This document shows positions 1 through 12,330 of a DNA stretch of 64,000 nucleotides, piece by piece (positions within the stretch are counted from its first letter, which is position 1; each line of letters opens with the position of its first letter). The stretch covers positions 42,780,001 to 42,844,000 of the forward strand of contig NC_079171.1 of NCBI RefSeq assembly GCF_947568905.1. Reading direction: 5' to 3'. The stretch is from Ostrea edulis. Taxonomy: Eukaryota. The position numbers and the translations under genes are program-made. The notes under the pieces were generated by a model. That model saw only the letters and a list, made by a program, of their open reading frames with translations, was not told the origin of the DNA and searched no databases.

Positions 1-719
1 AAGTGTATAGGATATAAATAACCTGGGGATATACTATGGTTTGAAGCCACGCCTTATCAACTACGTGTAACTGTAGCAATTATTCATTGTATGGATTTAT
101 TTTGAAATGAAGGCAAAGGTTATTGAAGAAATGTAGTTTATTGAAGAAAAAATTGTGAAATATGTTTCTGAAATAAATAGACCTCTCAGTATTATATCCT
201 GTTTCGGAGTCTTTTCTAACTTTTGCGAGGGATTTCGAAATCAATCATTTAACTTTAATAAGCCGTTTTGTCACGATTTTGTAGCTGCGAGCATTAAAAC
301 GAAATGCTGGAGATGTATCCGCGCATGTTTATGATGTTAGGTTTCCTTGATGTATTTATTTGAATCTTGTTTTATCTCCATTCGAAAATGTTTCCCTGAT
401 ACAGAAACGTCACCAGCTGTAGATTGAATACCATAAATCATGACCAAGACATGACACTCTGGCTCATTGCAAAGGGATATTCTTTATCAAACCAAACCTT
501 AACGTGATTCAGAATGTGAAAGAGTGAATTTATAGAATTGTGATCAATGTCACAATTCTTTAAAAACAAACACCAAATTAAGAGATTCAGAATAGCACAA
601 ACGCAGACCCCTGGAGAACGAGAATATTTATACCCTGAAAGGTAGCAGAAAATGCTTTTGTGAAATAAATAACTCATTTAGAATGATAGGAAAAATCTGT
701 TCAAATTCATAAACTTTAT

Positions 720-1080
720 AAGTAAATAATTGTACAGGTAAATCAATGTAAATGTAAATGATTGTACAGTTAAATAATTGTACAATTAGATAATTGTACA
801 GGTAAATACTACTACAGTTAAATAACTGTACAGGTAAATGATTGTACAGTAAAACAATTGTACAGTTAAGTAATTGTACAATTAAATAGTCGCACATGTA
901 AAACTTGTGCAGGTAAATAAAAGTCATATAAGTAACAATTATGCTGTTAAATAATTGCACATGTAAAACGTCTATAGGTAAATAAGTGTACAGGTAAAAA
1001 ATTGTACAAGTAAATAATTGTAGAGGTAAATAATTGTAGAATTGAAAAGTGTACAAATAAATAATTGTGCATTTTGATAA
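720..1080. repeat. Degenerate AATTGTACAG-core short tandem repeat in the intron upstream of the TM exon
   Basis: Many taaataattgtacag-like units; homologous arrays at about 24270-24620, 40330-40490 and 59370-59730. Confidence 0.85.
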
Positions 1081-1189
1081 TTGAATAGCGATAAAGATAT
1101 AAATATAACGTCTGGAACACTCGTGACATTTAGAATATATTTTTAATTTCACTTTCTAATGGTTTGAATGTTAAATGCTCGATATCTCT

Positions 1190-1386
1190 NNNNNNNNNNN
1201 NNNNNNNNNNNNNNNNNNNNNNNNNNNNNNNNNNNNNNNNNNNNNNNNNNNNNNNNNNNNNNNNNNNNNNNNNNNNNNNNNNNNNNNNNNNNNNNNNNNN
1301 NNNNNNNNNNNNNNNNNNNNNNNNNNNNNNNNNNNNNNNNNNNNNNNNNNNNNNNNNNNNNNNNNNNNNNNNNNNNNNNNNNNNNN
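1190..1386. other. N gap (197 nt)
   Basis: Run of N; the paralogous position (24752) is a (GA)n tract. Confidence 0.99.
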
Positions 1387-2938
1387 GCACATTTCGACAA
1401 ATAATGTCTTTTCAGTGATGCTCTACCGAAATGTTTGAAATCCGATATAACAATATAACACTAAACTTGTAAGTGCTATGCAAAACTTTTTACTGAAAAA
1501 TCCATTTAAAGACAAGTGAGTGGAGATGGAATTGATATATTCATGCATCATTTGTGTACGCGTATTATAGAATAATATGTAAATAATGCATGCAGTTGAA
1601 AGTAGCATTTAGAATTTTCTCCTAAAGAACTTGACAATCGATGCTCAGCAGCCTCGGTTGACAATGGTTTCTCGAGAGGTGGAAATTTTCAATGTTATTC
1701 TCAACTGCATAAAATGTTTGTTTTATTATATTGAATGTCTTGAAATCATTGAATTTTAAACAAAGAAAAACACCGAGGTTTGAGAATGTTAAATGAGCAT
1801 CAACAAGACGGAACACTTTCGATCGTGACGTCATAACAGAATGACGCTAAACATAACGTCAAGCATAGAACAAAACAGTAAACATCAAGCGAAAATGCAA
1901 AAGAATGACAGAGCTCTTGAAAACTTGTTTCTCTGTCAGACACGCTGATAATCTTATCGGCCCAAACATTGTGTTATCGGCCCTAAGTATTTCGTGGAAT
2001 TTTAAAAAGCAAATTATAATGAAAATAAAACAATGAATTAAAATATAATCAAATTTAATTTCATGTAATATTTTAGATCTGCTGTACATCTTCTTATTCT
2101 GACCACATTTTGAATCACCATCCATTTCCCTTTTATTATCGATGTGTCTACTGTCTCACGCTCTATGTTTTCCTTTCAGAAAGAATTGTTTTATTTCATT
2201 CATCATCTAAGAAGAATTGTTTTATATTCTTTTTTATCATTTAGGAGGAATGTTTTTTTTTTTTTTAATTTCTCATTCAGGAAATATGGTTTTATTTTCA
2301 TTTATGGTTTATTTATTCTTTCAGTTTTAATTTTTCTTTGAAATTAACTTTGTTTACCCTTTTCAAGTTGAAATCCGTAGATCTTGTTCATACCCCGACC
2401 CGCAATTCAGTACTGAAGAACGTTGATTTCTCGAATTTATAGTTTAACTCCACTTACTAACATCATGAACATTAAGAATTATATTTTATTTGGTACAAAT
2501 AAAATATAAGTGAAATCTCAATAATTCATTCATAAATTATTACTATTTTAAAATTAATGGTTATCCCCTTCAATGTGTTTTTTTCTTCATCGTTCACATT
2601 GAAAATGGGTAACATTAACAACTTCAAGGATTATTCTGTGTCGTTGAATTAATGAATGGTGAATGTTTTTTACAACAAAAATGTACTTAGAGAAAACCAG
2701 TAATTAAATATCTCCCAAGGTTGAAACCATTTTGTTCACAAACTAGTGGAAATGCTTTTTATTGTCAAAAAGGATAGAAGATCTATTTGGGCGTGCATTG
2801 GTGATTTCTTTTTAGAAATGTAATACTTAATGGAACAACTAAATGATAACAATGGTAAAATAGCCTTACAATAATTTTAGAAATGGTATGGCATTGTTAT
2901 CAAAACAAATGATGCATGTCATATCCTTTCATCATATA

Positions 2939-4520
2939 CTACTCAAAATTTGATAAGGATCACTGGGTTATATGTGTGTAATTTACCACTAACATAACAA
3001 AATACATCAATTTGACTCAGAAACGTGTTTACTCAGGTTTTGAATGAAAATTCTTGAACGGCATGAACTTTTATCAATACGGAATGCTTGAAAATTGATA
3101 ATATTTGAAATTTGATAACAACACCAAAAGGCATTTCATTACAAAAAGTTAACAGCAAACCAAAAAAAGAATTACACAGTTTTTGGGGATAGTCCATCAT
3201 TACACTTAGTCGATGAAGTGTCAATACCGGGTATGACCTCCCCTTGCATCAATGACGGCTTGATAACGTCGAGGCATGCTGTCAATAAGCACCCGGATGT
3301 TTCCAATGGGAATGTTGTTCCACTCTTCCACGATGGCGTTTCCGAGCTCTGCCAAAGTCGTGGGTTGTGCTCTACATCGTGAAAGGGCAACCTGCAGCAT
3401 GTTTCATGCATGCTTAATCGGGTTCAAGTCCGGCGAGCGCGCTGTCCAATCCATACGGACAATTGTCTCCTGCTGAAGGTACTGCTCCACCACCCTGGCG
3501 CGATGAGGACGGGCGTTATCATCCATCAGAATGAACTCAGGGCCAATAGCACCAGCGTAGGGTCTGACGTAAACATCGAGAATCTCATGCCGGTACCGCA
3601 CCCCCGTCATTGTTCCTCTCTCCAGGACATGAAGATCTGTTCTTCCATCCCTGCTGATTGCACCCCAGACCATGATGGAACCACCACCATAACGGTCATG
3701 TTCACTGATGTTGGTATCATGGAAACGTTCACGTTGTCGTCGCCACACTCGGTGCCTCCTGTCTGTAAAGTCCAAACAATACCTGCACTCATCGGTGAAC
3801 AGAACTCGAACCCAATCGTTCTGTGTCCAAGTGACATGATCTTCAGCCCAGTCCAATCGCTCCCGCCGGTGTCGAACAGTCGGACGGACTCGAAAACATG
3901 ATCTCCAGTTGAGACCTGCATTGTGAAGTCGATTCCGTATCGTCTGAGTGGACACATTCACCCCCGAGGCGTTCAGGAGGTCGCTACGTAGGCTGGTTAC
4001 TGTCCAGAAGGGATGGTGTCGTGCCTGAAGAGCCACAAAATAGTCTTGCCGTTGGGTTGTTGACCTCTGACGACCACCCCCCCCCATGTCGGTGTGCTGC
4101 TGTACCAAAAGTTTGCTGTCGGTTCCAGGCCCTGTTTACAACGCTCTGGCTGACGTTTAGTGCATTTACAACGTCACGTTGTGAATAGCCAGCGTCAAGC
4201 ATTCCAATACATATACCCAGTTGTTCTGTCGTCAGGCGACGCCCTACTCGTTGAGGAAGCATTGTGTTGATAAACGTAGTGTAAACACTCAAGTGAGTTT
4301 GAAATTTTAGAAAGAATCCGATACTGATGCCTGAGTGAAAATCGTGCAATGGTAGCAAAAGCATAAACTGTGATGAGAAACGCATTTCCCATGGTATGAA
4401 ATGCACGTGCAAGTTTGTTGAAGACGTTTTTGATTTCACTTGGACACAATATTGCCAGTTATGCAGTTATTAATTTTTTAAACAGAAAAATGTCTACGAT
4501 CCTTATCAAATTTTGAGTAG
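2939..4520 (-). mobile_element. Tc1-family DNA transposon, full length but defective
   Basis: 23-bp perfect TIRs (ctactcaaaatttgataaggatc, 2939-2961 / 4498-4520) flanked by TA; encloses a Tc1-type transposase. Confidence 0.95.
3221..4262 (-). pseudogene. Tc1 transposase (DD34E type), inactivated
   Basis: HTH N-terminus MLPQRVGRRL..., FTDEC, MDDNARPH, SPDLNPI(K)HA; frameshift in the 9-G run (4077-4085); catalytic E replaced by K exactly 34 residues after the second D; TGA at 3404-3406 where W is expected; the C-terminus ...ARGGHTRY* continues in frame to 3221. Confidence 0.93.
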
Positions 4521-5339
4521 TATATTTCAGGCATTCCAATCCCTTTGACCAGTGTTCTTCAATCTCGCATGTTCCACATTTTTGTTAATATTATTGCACG
4601 TTCCTTGTTATCACTTACACATAGGTGTTTCGCCGGCATATTTATTTTATCAGCAACAAGGTGTCCACATTTATTTTACTTTTATCGTATTGACGAAACT
4701 ATTGCGGGGTGGAAACTGATTTCCGGAATTAATATCACCGCAACAATTTTTTGGGGGGGTCGGACTATTAGACTAATGAGCAAACAATCCATATCGGATA
4801 TTTCGCTGTTTTGTCGGCTAAACTCAAGAACTCAACTCTGGAATAGTAATATTTATCTTATCATTTGTTATTTGGGATCCTCAATGTTGATATGACAGTT
4901 GAAAAGATCAGTTTTACCGTGCACCATATGCGCACAATTTGTTCACATGTAATGAGTACTGTTTCTTTCTAGATAAGCTTGACATGATAAAGGATTTAAC
5001 ACGATATACGCACGATAGGATTGTATAAATGCAAGATACGATAGGATAAACGATAAACCTGATGAGAAAAGAAATATGACCCGAAAAACGCAAAACATGA
5101 TAATCGACCTTCACGATCAACGGAAAAACTTGTAGAAATGTTTCAAATTAGAAGCAATTTAGACAGTCCGAAATTTCGATAGCGAAAAAAGATTTGCACA
5201 TTACAGTATGCAGATACTAATTTTGAAGGATTTCAACAATCATTATACAATTCCATGTATTTTGCAGATCTTTTGTACACTTCCTCATTCTGTCCACATT
5301 TTGAATCACTATTCATTTCCCTTTTATCATCGATGTGTC

Positions 5340-5439
5340 TTCTGTCTCACTCTCTGCATTTTCCTTTCAGGAAGAAATGTTTTATTTTCATTCATTATTC
5401 AGGAAGAATTGTTTTATTTTCAGTTATCATTTTGGAAGA

Positions 5440-5471
<32 letters not shown>

Positions 5472-5720
5472 CATTATCATTTTCGAAGAATTTTTTTATT
5501 TTTATCTATCATTTAGGAAGTTTTTCTTTTTATTTTCATTTATCATTCAGGAAATGTGGATTTATTTTCATTTATAATTTGGAAAGAATTGTTTTTTTTT
5601 TTTCATTTATCACGTAGGAAAAATGGCTTTATTTTCATTTATTATTCAAGAATGTTTTGTTTTTGATTTATCATTCAGGAAATATGTTTTCATTTTCATT
5701 TATCATTATGGAAGAATGGT
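5340..5720. repeat. Degenerate T-rich minisatellite (about 33-37 bp)
   Basis: Repeated ttattttcatttatcattcaggaagaa-like units. Confidence 0.7.
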
Positions 5721-6526
5721 TTTATCCTCGTTACTGATTGCATTCTTTCAGGGTTTTTTTAATTGACTTTGTTTACTATTTTCAAGTTGAAAATCATTAG
5801 ATCTTTTCCACACCCCGACACGAACTTAAGTATTAAAGTATGTTGATTTTTTTTATTTTAAGGATTAACTTCATTTACTAACATCATGAACATTCAGACC
5901 AATACTATTTTTGGTACAAATAAAATATAAGTGAATTATCAGTGATTCATTTATTCATAAATTATTACTATTTCAAAACGAATGTGTTTTTACTTCATCT
6001 TTCACATTGAAAATGGGTCACACTAGTAACTTCAAGGATTATTCTGTGTCGATGAATTATTGAATGGTGAGTGTTTTAGAATATTTTTTGAGAACAAATA
6101 TCTAACAAGAGAAAATGAAAAATCAAATACATCTTCAGTTTCAAGGTTGGGATCATTTTGTCACGAACTAATGGACATGCATTTTTAATGCTCAAGTGAT
6201 GTCATCCTAGAACAAAACGTATGATAGAACACCTATTTTAGGGTATATTAACGATTTCTTTTAAGAAATGTACTACATAAAAGTAAAGCTAAATGATAAC
6301 AATTGTAAAAGAGCATTAACGTATTTTAAGAATTAGATCTGGCATTGCTATGACAACAAATGACGCATGGCATGCCCTTTCATCATATTTATATCGGATA
6401 GTTCGTTGTTTTGTCGGCCAAACCAATACAACTGACACTTTGCAAAATATCAACTCTGGAATGGTAATGTCTATCTTATCATTTGTTATTTGTTTGGGAT
6501 TTTCAATGTTTTACCCTCTATCTACC

Positions 6527-6727
6527 GTGTACCGTACACACACAATTTGTACACATGTGGTAAGTTGTGCACCGTACACACACAATTTGTACACATGTGC
6601 TAAGTTGTGCACCGTACACACACAATTTGTACACATGTGATAAGTTGTGCACCGTACACACACAATTTGTACACATGTAATACGTTGTACACCACACACA
6701 CACATTTTGTACACATGTGATAAGTTG
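6527..6727. repeat. 40-bp minisatellite, about 5 copies
   Basis: accgtacacacacaatttgtacacatgt unit starts at 6531, 6571, 6611, 6651 and 6691. Confidence 0.95.
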
Positions 6728-7170
6728 ATAAAAATTGTCAATTATTGTTTCCCATTTCTAGATACCGTACACTCAACGATATCCTTGACATGATTAACGA
6801 TACAACACGATACACACGCGATAGGATACATACGCGGTACGATTGGATAAACAATAAACCTGATTAGAAAAAATACCTGATATTCACGATAAACGGAAAA
6901 CCTGATAGAAATGTTGCAAGGAGGTATAACACTTTTGCTAACGAAACGGCCTACTCAGAAATATAAAGGGAAAACAAATGTTTCCAATAATTTATTGGCA
7001 TTATCTTTTCAAACATAAGGCCAACGTTTTTAATATTTCGTCATTAAAGAAAAAGAACAGCTGCAGTTTAGCATTACTGACATTTATATGATTCGTTTTT
7101 TAATCAATAAACCATATTCCTATGTGGAATGATGAACAGTTCAATATTTTCATATGTGCATTCATATCAC

Positions 7171-7427
7171 ACGGATGTATATTTGATTGCTGTTACAAAA
7201 TTTAAAAATTCATTTCAAAATTAAGGATTGTATCCCTCATGCATAGCTCTTATCCTTAGACGAATTTGACTTCACTTTTTTTTTTGGTACGCTGTTTTTG
7301 GCTATAATTGCTCTATAACTTCATTGTTATTTCGGATTTCAAACATTTCGGTTGAGAATCACTGAAGAGACATTATTTGTCGAAATGCGCATCTGGTGCA
7401 TCAAAATTGGTACCGTATAAGGTTTAC
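7171..7427 (-). mobile_element. Dispersed oyster-type repeat, probably a non-autonomous Helitron-like element
   Basis: Reverse complement of the block at 17511-17794; a fragment also occurs at 1387-1480. Class assignment is from memory only. Confidence 0.5.
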
Positions 7428-9312
7428 ACAACAACCCTTTTACATATGGCATTACTTAGTCACCGTCTTTTTCTGACATTGCTGCAGCACCTTTGATATA
7501 TTTCATCAGTTCATTTCTTTTGGTTGATATTTCGAGTGTTTAGCTTTGCCTAAATATCATATGACAGTTGCTACATTAGTTTTTATTTTTACTTTTGAAA
7601 AGTCAAACTGAATAGCAGTTATTTTCCTCCCTTGACCTATTTTCACTTCTGGCTTTTCTTGTAGCATTTGATTAACTTTTCGCCGCATTATGGTTTGAAA
7701 ATTTTGTGCACACAGGAACAGGGTAGTGTAAACCAACGAAACTACAGTGATTTCAGAATAAATTTCTTTTCTTTAAATCGTAACTTTCATATATTGGAAG
7801 TTATAGTGAAAATAACTCTATTATTTGTTAAGATATATGTGTTACATTTACAACACCCTTCCCCTAGAAAGCGACCACTCAAAAATGAAAAGTAAAGACA
7901 AAAATAGATTTAGAGAATGTTGGACATGAACTCGGAATATATGGTTTAATTGTAAGATTTCCTAGCACCTAAACCACTAGGCCACCCAGGCATGTAACTT
8001 TAAAGGTTTCAAGTCTGACGGGCTTCTAAATCTCGTGGTCAATTTTGAGAACGATTTCCTTCAACCAAATTTCCCAAAATGTACAGTCATACCCAAGTAA
8101 AGTAATTTCAGTGTTGTATTTCTGGTTTAGGGTGGCCTTTTGCAACAGTTTGCAAATTCTGCATGACCTTTACGTTACATCCACTATACACTCTAAATGA
8201 TCACGGTGATATTTATGCTTATCAAATAAAGATATTATCAACATATAAATATCTTTATTGTGTAAACACAAATATAAACTGACATTGTATGGTAGAATAT
8301 TTGTAAACAATAATATTCAAGAAAAAAGTATAAATGTAGGCAAAGGTGCATACCAAGTGCTCTATATTTCTTTAGAAGCTTTTAGGCAGAATTAAATATT
8401 AATAATTACAAAATATTTACATATTACGTTATAATGATAATGATTTTGAAGAGTTTCAACATTCACATTCATTATGTACCCAACTCATACATCCAACGGA
8501 ATTTCTAATCAGAATTTAATACACGTATGTGCATGAATAATGCATTTTTAAAGATCAATATGTGGGTTTTTTTTCTGTCGCAACTGAGCAGTTCAATTAG
8601 AGATGAGTGCTGACTGATTTCAACATGAAACTTTCGCCACCAGCTGAGTTCTCATCGTACACGAAAGTATATAAACATCAGCAAATTAAATTCTTGCAAT
8701 TAGAAATGCCATAAGTTGGAAATACATTCATTGATTTGAAGGGAAACCAATATTCATTTACACATTTACTAGATGAAGACCCGTACAAGCATTTACTTAG
8801 AGCTGGTGATTCTTAGGGATTCATCCATGAAGTTTTCAATGTCAGAAAACACATCCAGACATCATTCACTGAAGATAAAACATCCGTTTTAATATCAGAA
8901 ATGCAAATCATTTCCGAATTTTTAATTCTGTGTAATGTAGGTGTTGAAACTGGGATGTGTATGACTAAGCGTCCTACCCAAACGTACATTAATCAACGAC
9001 TTAGCAACATTTCCCACTGTAGTTACCTCCCTTCCCATTTTTGTTTCAGTTGGTAAATATTTACATTAAACAACGAAAAGAGTTTGCTTTTTTCATAGCA
9101 ATTGCATCAGATGCCCATATGTGTGGAATGATGCAGGCATACGCCTAATTGGCGGATCTACACGGGTGTGGAGCTATACATCCATCCATTATTTTAATAA
9201 CATAGAATAAGAAGGAGAGAGAGATTGATCAAACAGTAGAGTATTTATTGAAACGTGGAAGTTAGGCGTGTTTAGATCCAAAATGCAAACGGTAAAATAT
9301 TGAAAACTAGAT

Positions 9313-9315
<3 letters not shown>

Positions 9316-9370
<55 letters not shown>
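9316..9370. repeat. (CT)n microsatellite
   Basis: Direct observation. Confidence 0.98.
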
Positions 9371-9373
<3 letters not shown>

Positions 9374-10399
9374 TGTGTGCGTCAATTTCAAGAATAAAAC
9401 ATATTTTAACTTTGTCTCTATCTTTGTAGATTTTTTTTCCTAAAAACTGCGATTTATGCAAGCAAGTAAAACCCCCGAAAATTGAATAATGACGCGCTAT
9501 ATGTATGGGTTTTTTTTAAATGATCAGAACAATTTGAATATTATTAATAAGGATCCATTACAATGGAATATTCTAAATTTGATCATTGAAGAAGAAAACA
9601 TCCGCCCGTATTGTTTTAACGCTCTCACAGCTGAAATTGAAAACACTAACCTATATGCGATTTTAATTCGTTATTCGATATATGTATCTACATGCATATG
9701 AATTTCTCAACTAATGAATACAAAAAAAGATAGTCCTCAACAGTATCATATTAATCGGATGGATTTGTCTTTATATTTGTTTTTATAAAAATGCATTGCT
9801 TGGCCCAGTCCAAGTTAATATTTATGATATGCATGCAACATTGATAAAATGCGGGGATATCGTGCTTCAATAGCTCTCTTACTCTAATGACTGTATCTCG
9901 TAATGTAAATTAGTTCTTATTGGATTTTAACCAGACCTCAATATCATTCTGAACAATAACACCAAGAAATAAGTAAGTAAATGGTTTATTATAGTGGCAT
10001 ATGTTACATACAACCACAACACGAAAATGCATGTATAACAGGAATTTAAACGCCAGGTCTATATTTCACTTTTAATAGTACAACATTGATTTAAAATACT
10101 ATGGCATTACGCATGATGTTTACTATTCATTTATTAGACTGTCTGTAAGTAAGGCCTGTGCATAAAAAATGCATAATAATAATATTCTGCGATTTGTTTA
10201 GCAAACTTTGATAAGAGAAATTTAATTTAAATGTGACATATTGATTACGGTAGGGTTAAACCAAATACTGGTTAAACTATTGTTTTAATATTTGAATATA
10301 CAGTACAATGAACCAAACATTCATCTCCTACATTATTTGAAGAATATGAATTCCCCAACATATCAGATAAAGCCCCTCTAACATCCTGTTGCAATTATA

Positions 10400-11270
10400 T
10401 AGGTAACTAGGTAACACACCAAATTTTGCAAGTATACAACGATGCCATATTGGAATAACCATAGCAACATATTGTTCTGTTTGAAAATAAATTTTAGTGT
10501 TCGATAAGTCTTACGTTTAGGCACATTTTGGAGTTCTTTGTTCCCGTCATTTACAAATTCATGACGAAGATTTTCTTCCACATTGTTTAAGATACAACCC
10601 ATCCAATTTACATGATAGGTGGACATATCAAGGGCTTGGAAAAAAAATGACTTGATGTGACAAATATATGTTCTTTAATTGTACCAGATCCGAAAGAAAC
10701 ATTTTCTTTTTTAGTACATCGTTCGAAATTGTAAAGAGTCGATACCACTGTCGTATGATATCCACTTGATGAACATACAAAATTAGAGCCAACCACTCTC
10801 TCATTGAATAACAAAAAATGAGCAAGAAATACCATAACTCACGGTGTTGTATAGATTCAATATTGATATTTGTAACACCCCTATATTACAGTAGTCCAGA
10901 ATGGGTGCGACTCCACTTAAGTAAATTTTCTCAAATGTTCTGAATACTACTGACCCATTAGTATGTATTTTAGATATAATAGCTCTTAATACGGGCCAAC
11001 CAGATTTCTCAAGATTTTCGCTGTTCATTTTTAATGTGGAAAATCCATCAAACAATATACCGAGATACTTATGAAATGATGAATATTCAGGGCAATCTTC
11101 TATTTTGAATACATCATTTCTTGGCTGCCCCCCCCCCCCAAGTTTTGGTTGATTTTATGCATATTATCCACACTTTACAATATGGAACACTGCGTCCATG
11201 TCCGCCTCATTAATGTGTGTAGGGAGGAGGGGTATATTTTGTTTGACGAAACCATAAGTTCATCGCTCAT
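10400..11270 (-). mobile_element. Degraded LINE (CR1/L2-like) ORF2 3' part
   Basis: Broken frames give HKYLGILFD..., ENLEKSG..LRAIISK, TFEKIYLSGVAPILDYC and KRKTYRTLK, matching post-RT LINE motifs (YKYLG, PILDY, KLRTY). Shorter homologs at about 25770-26070 and 41290-41590. Confidence 0.6.
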
Positions 11271-11307
11271 TCAACTGTTACAATTACATATAATGATAAC
11301 AGTATTT

Positions 11308-11963
11308 ATTATACCTCAGTATGAGAATTCTATGCAACGCGTAATCTGATTGGTCTAGACAGTCACGTGCCAGGGAAGACAAAACTTCATATCTCCCTCT
11401 CAAACATCATATCTCCCTATCATATTTCCCCTTGGGCAGTTTCGTGCATTTTCCATAAATTTAACGTCAAAGTAGACGAAGTGTATTGTGACGTCACAAT
11501 AAGTCCGAGTCATTCTAGTTTCATAGTTCGTAAGGCACCAAATATGCGGGTCTCTGATATACAGTTTTAAAATCGACTGATTTTGGTTGATATAAAAACA
11601 TGCAAGTAAATCAGCATTCAAGGAGAATGGAAATACAAAAACTGGTTATCAGATCACTGTGTTTCGCTGTTTGTACCTTCTATATATACGTTGACGGCGC
11701 GATGTTACTGTTAGGGCGATCTCAGCTACATACATGTAGGCTACGATGTATATATGAGTAAACTCCAATCTCAAATACAATTTTGTAGTCTTGCTTTGTT
11801 TCGGTATAATAAACAATTTATTGCATGAATGTTCGGGAGATATGAAGATTTATTCACCCAAGAAAAATCATATTCCCCTCGGCCGTTGCCCTCGGGGAAT
11901 ATGATTTTTCTTGGGTGAATAAATCTTCATATCTCCTTCACTATCATGCAATAAATGTATAAT
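11308..11963. mobile_element. Non-autonomous element with a long internal perfect hairpin (Crypton/Helentron-like; class uncertain)
   Basis: Absent at the paralogous sites in units A and B; terminal 7-mer inversion attatac/gtataat; 43-bp perfect inverted repeat at 11836-11878 / 11894-11936. Confidence 0.65.
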
Positions 11964-11976
11964 ATTGCATACTTAC

Positions 11977-12042
11977 ATCTGAGTATATATGATCGTTCAT
12001 TACAGGCAATGGTATCTGTACATTGTCCTGGGAAGTTGTTAT
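11977..12042 (-). CDS. Copy C' cytoplasmic-tail exon b (ITTSQDNVQIPLPVMNDHIYSD)
   Basis: ttattctgcag acceptor, gtaagt donor, 66 nt, phase 0-0, open; homolog with intact splice sites at 26102-26167. Confidence 0.75.
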
Positions 12043-12267
12043 CTGCAGAATAAATTATCAAGTAGCACGGTAAAAAGACAAGAAAAACGTTGCTGGTACT
12101 GTATTCACATCCCGGAAGGCGTAGTTTCTGATCTCAGAGGGTAACTATGCGATATTGAAATGTTTCCAGAGCAATCAAATTTAACTAAATTACACGCAAG
12201 TATAATGAAAATAAATAGATAAATGAAATTCATTCTGTCACAAAGAATTATTAAATAGAACATTTAC

Positions 12268-12330
12268 CTCCGAGTAGATTTGATCACTCGTTACAATCGA
12301 TGACAACTGTATGTTGTCCTCTGTTGGTAT
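12268..12330 (-). CDS. Copy C' cytoplasmic-tail exon a (IPTEDNIQLSSIVTSDQIYSE)
   Basis: ctttattctgtag acceptor, GAG|gtaaat donor, 63 nt, phase 0-0; homologs at 26394-26456 and 41819-41881. Confidence 0.72.

Larger units (their letters stand above)
1..5360. repeat. Near-identical segmental duplicate of 58653-64000
   Basis: ORF track is repeated at offset 58652 before the N gap and 58640 after it; one substitution seen (4753 g vs 63393 t). Confidence 0.97.
2096..6915. repeat. Old local tandem duplication: unit 1 about 2096-5150 (interrupted by the Tc1), unit 2 about 5288-6915
   Basis: Collinear blocks, e.g. ccacattttgaatcac at about 2100/5290, atcggata...gttttgtcgg at about 4793/6393, tagaaatgtt at about 5135/6907. 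Confidence 0.8.

Noticed and set aside
628-1152. 174-aa ORF (also 59280-59804 and 24266-24544)
   Set aside because: Translation of the AATTGTACAG tandem repeat; low complexity, intronic.
1130-1438. ORFs made of X residues (also 25139-25351 and 59782-60078)
   Set aside because: Artefacts of N runs.
6527-6727. Regularly spaced 40-bp repeats resembling a CRISPR array
   Set aside because: Contiguous units with no unique spacers, eukaryotic context, no cas genes.
8560-9030. Slightly GC-richer unique segment with protein-like stretches on the minus strand
   Set aside because: Interrupted by stops, no recognisable motif and no convincing splice sites.
11180-11285. Apparent exon (taacag|TTG AAT GAG CGA TGA...) with an in-frame TGA conserved in all three units, suggesting selenocysteine or readthrough
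   Set aside because: The block is continuous with LINE ORF2 motifs (YKYLG, PILDY), has further non-shared stops, and is conserved only because the whole unit is duplicated.
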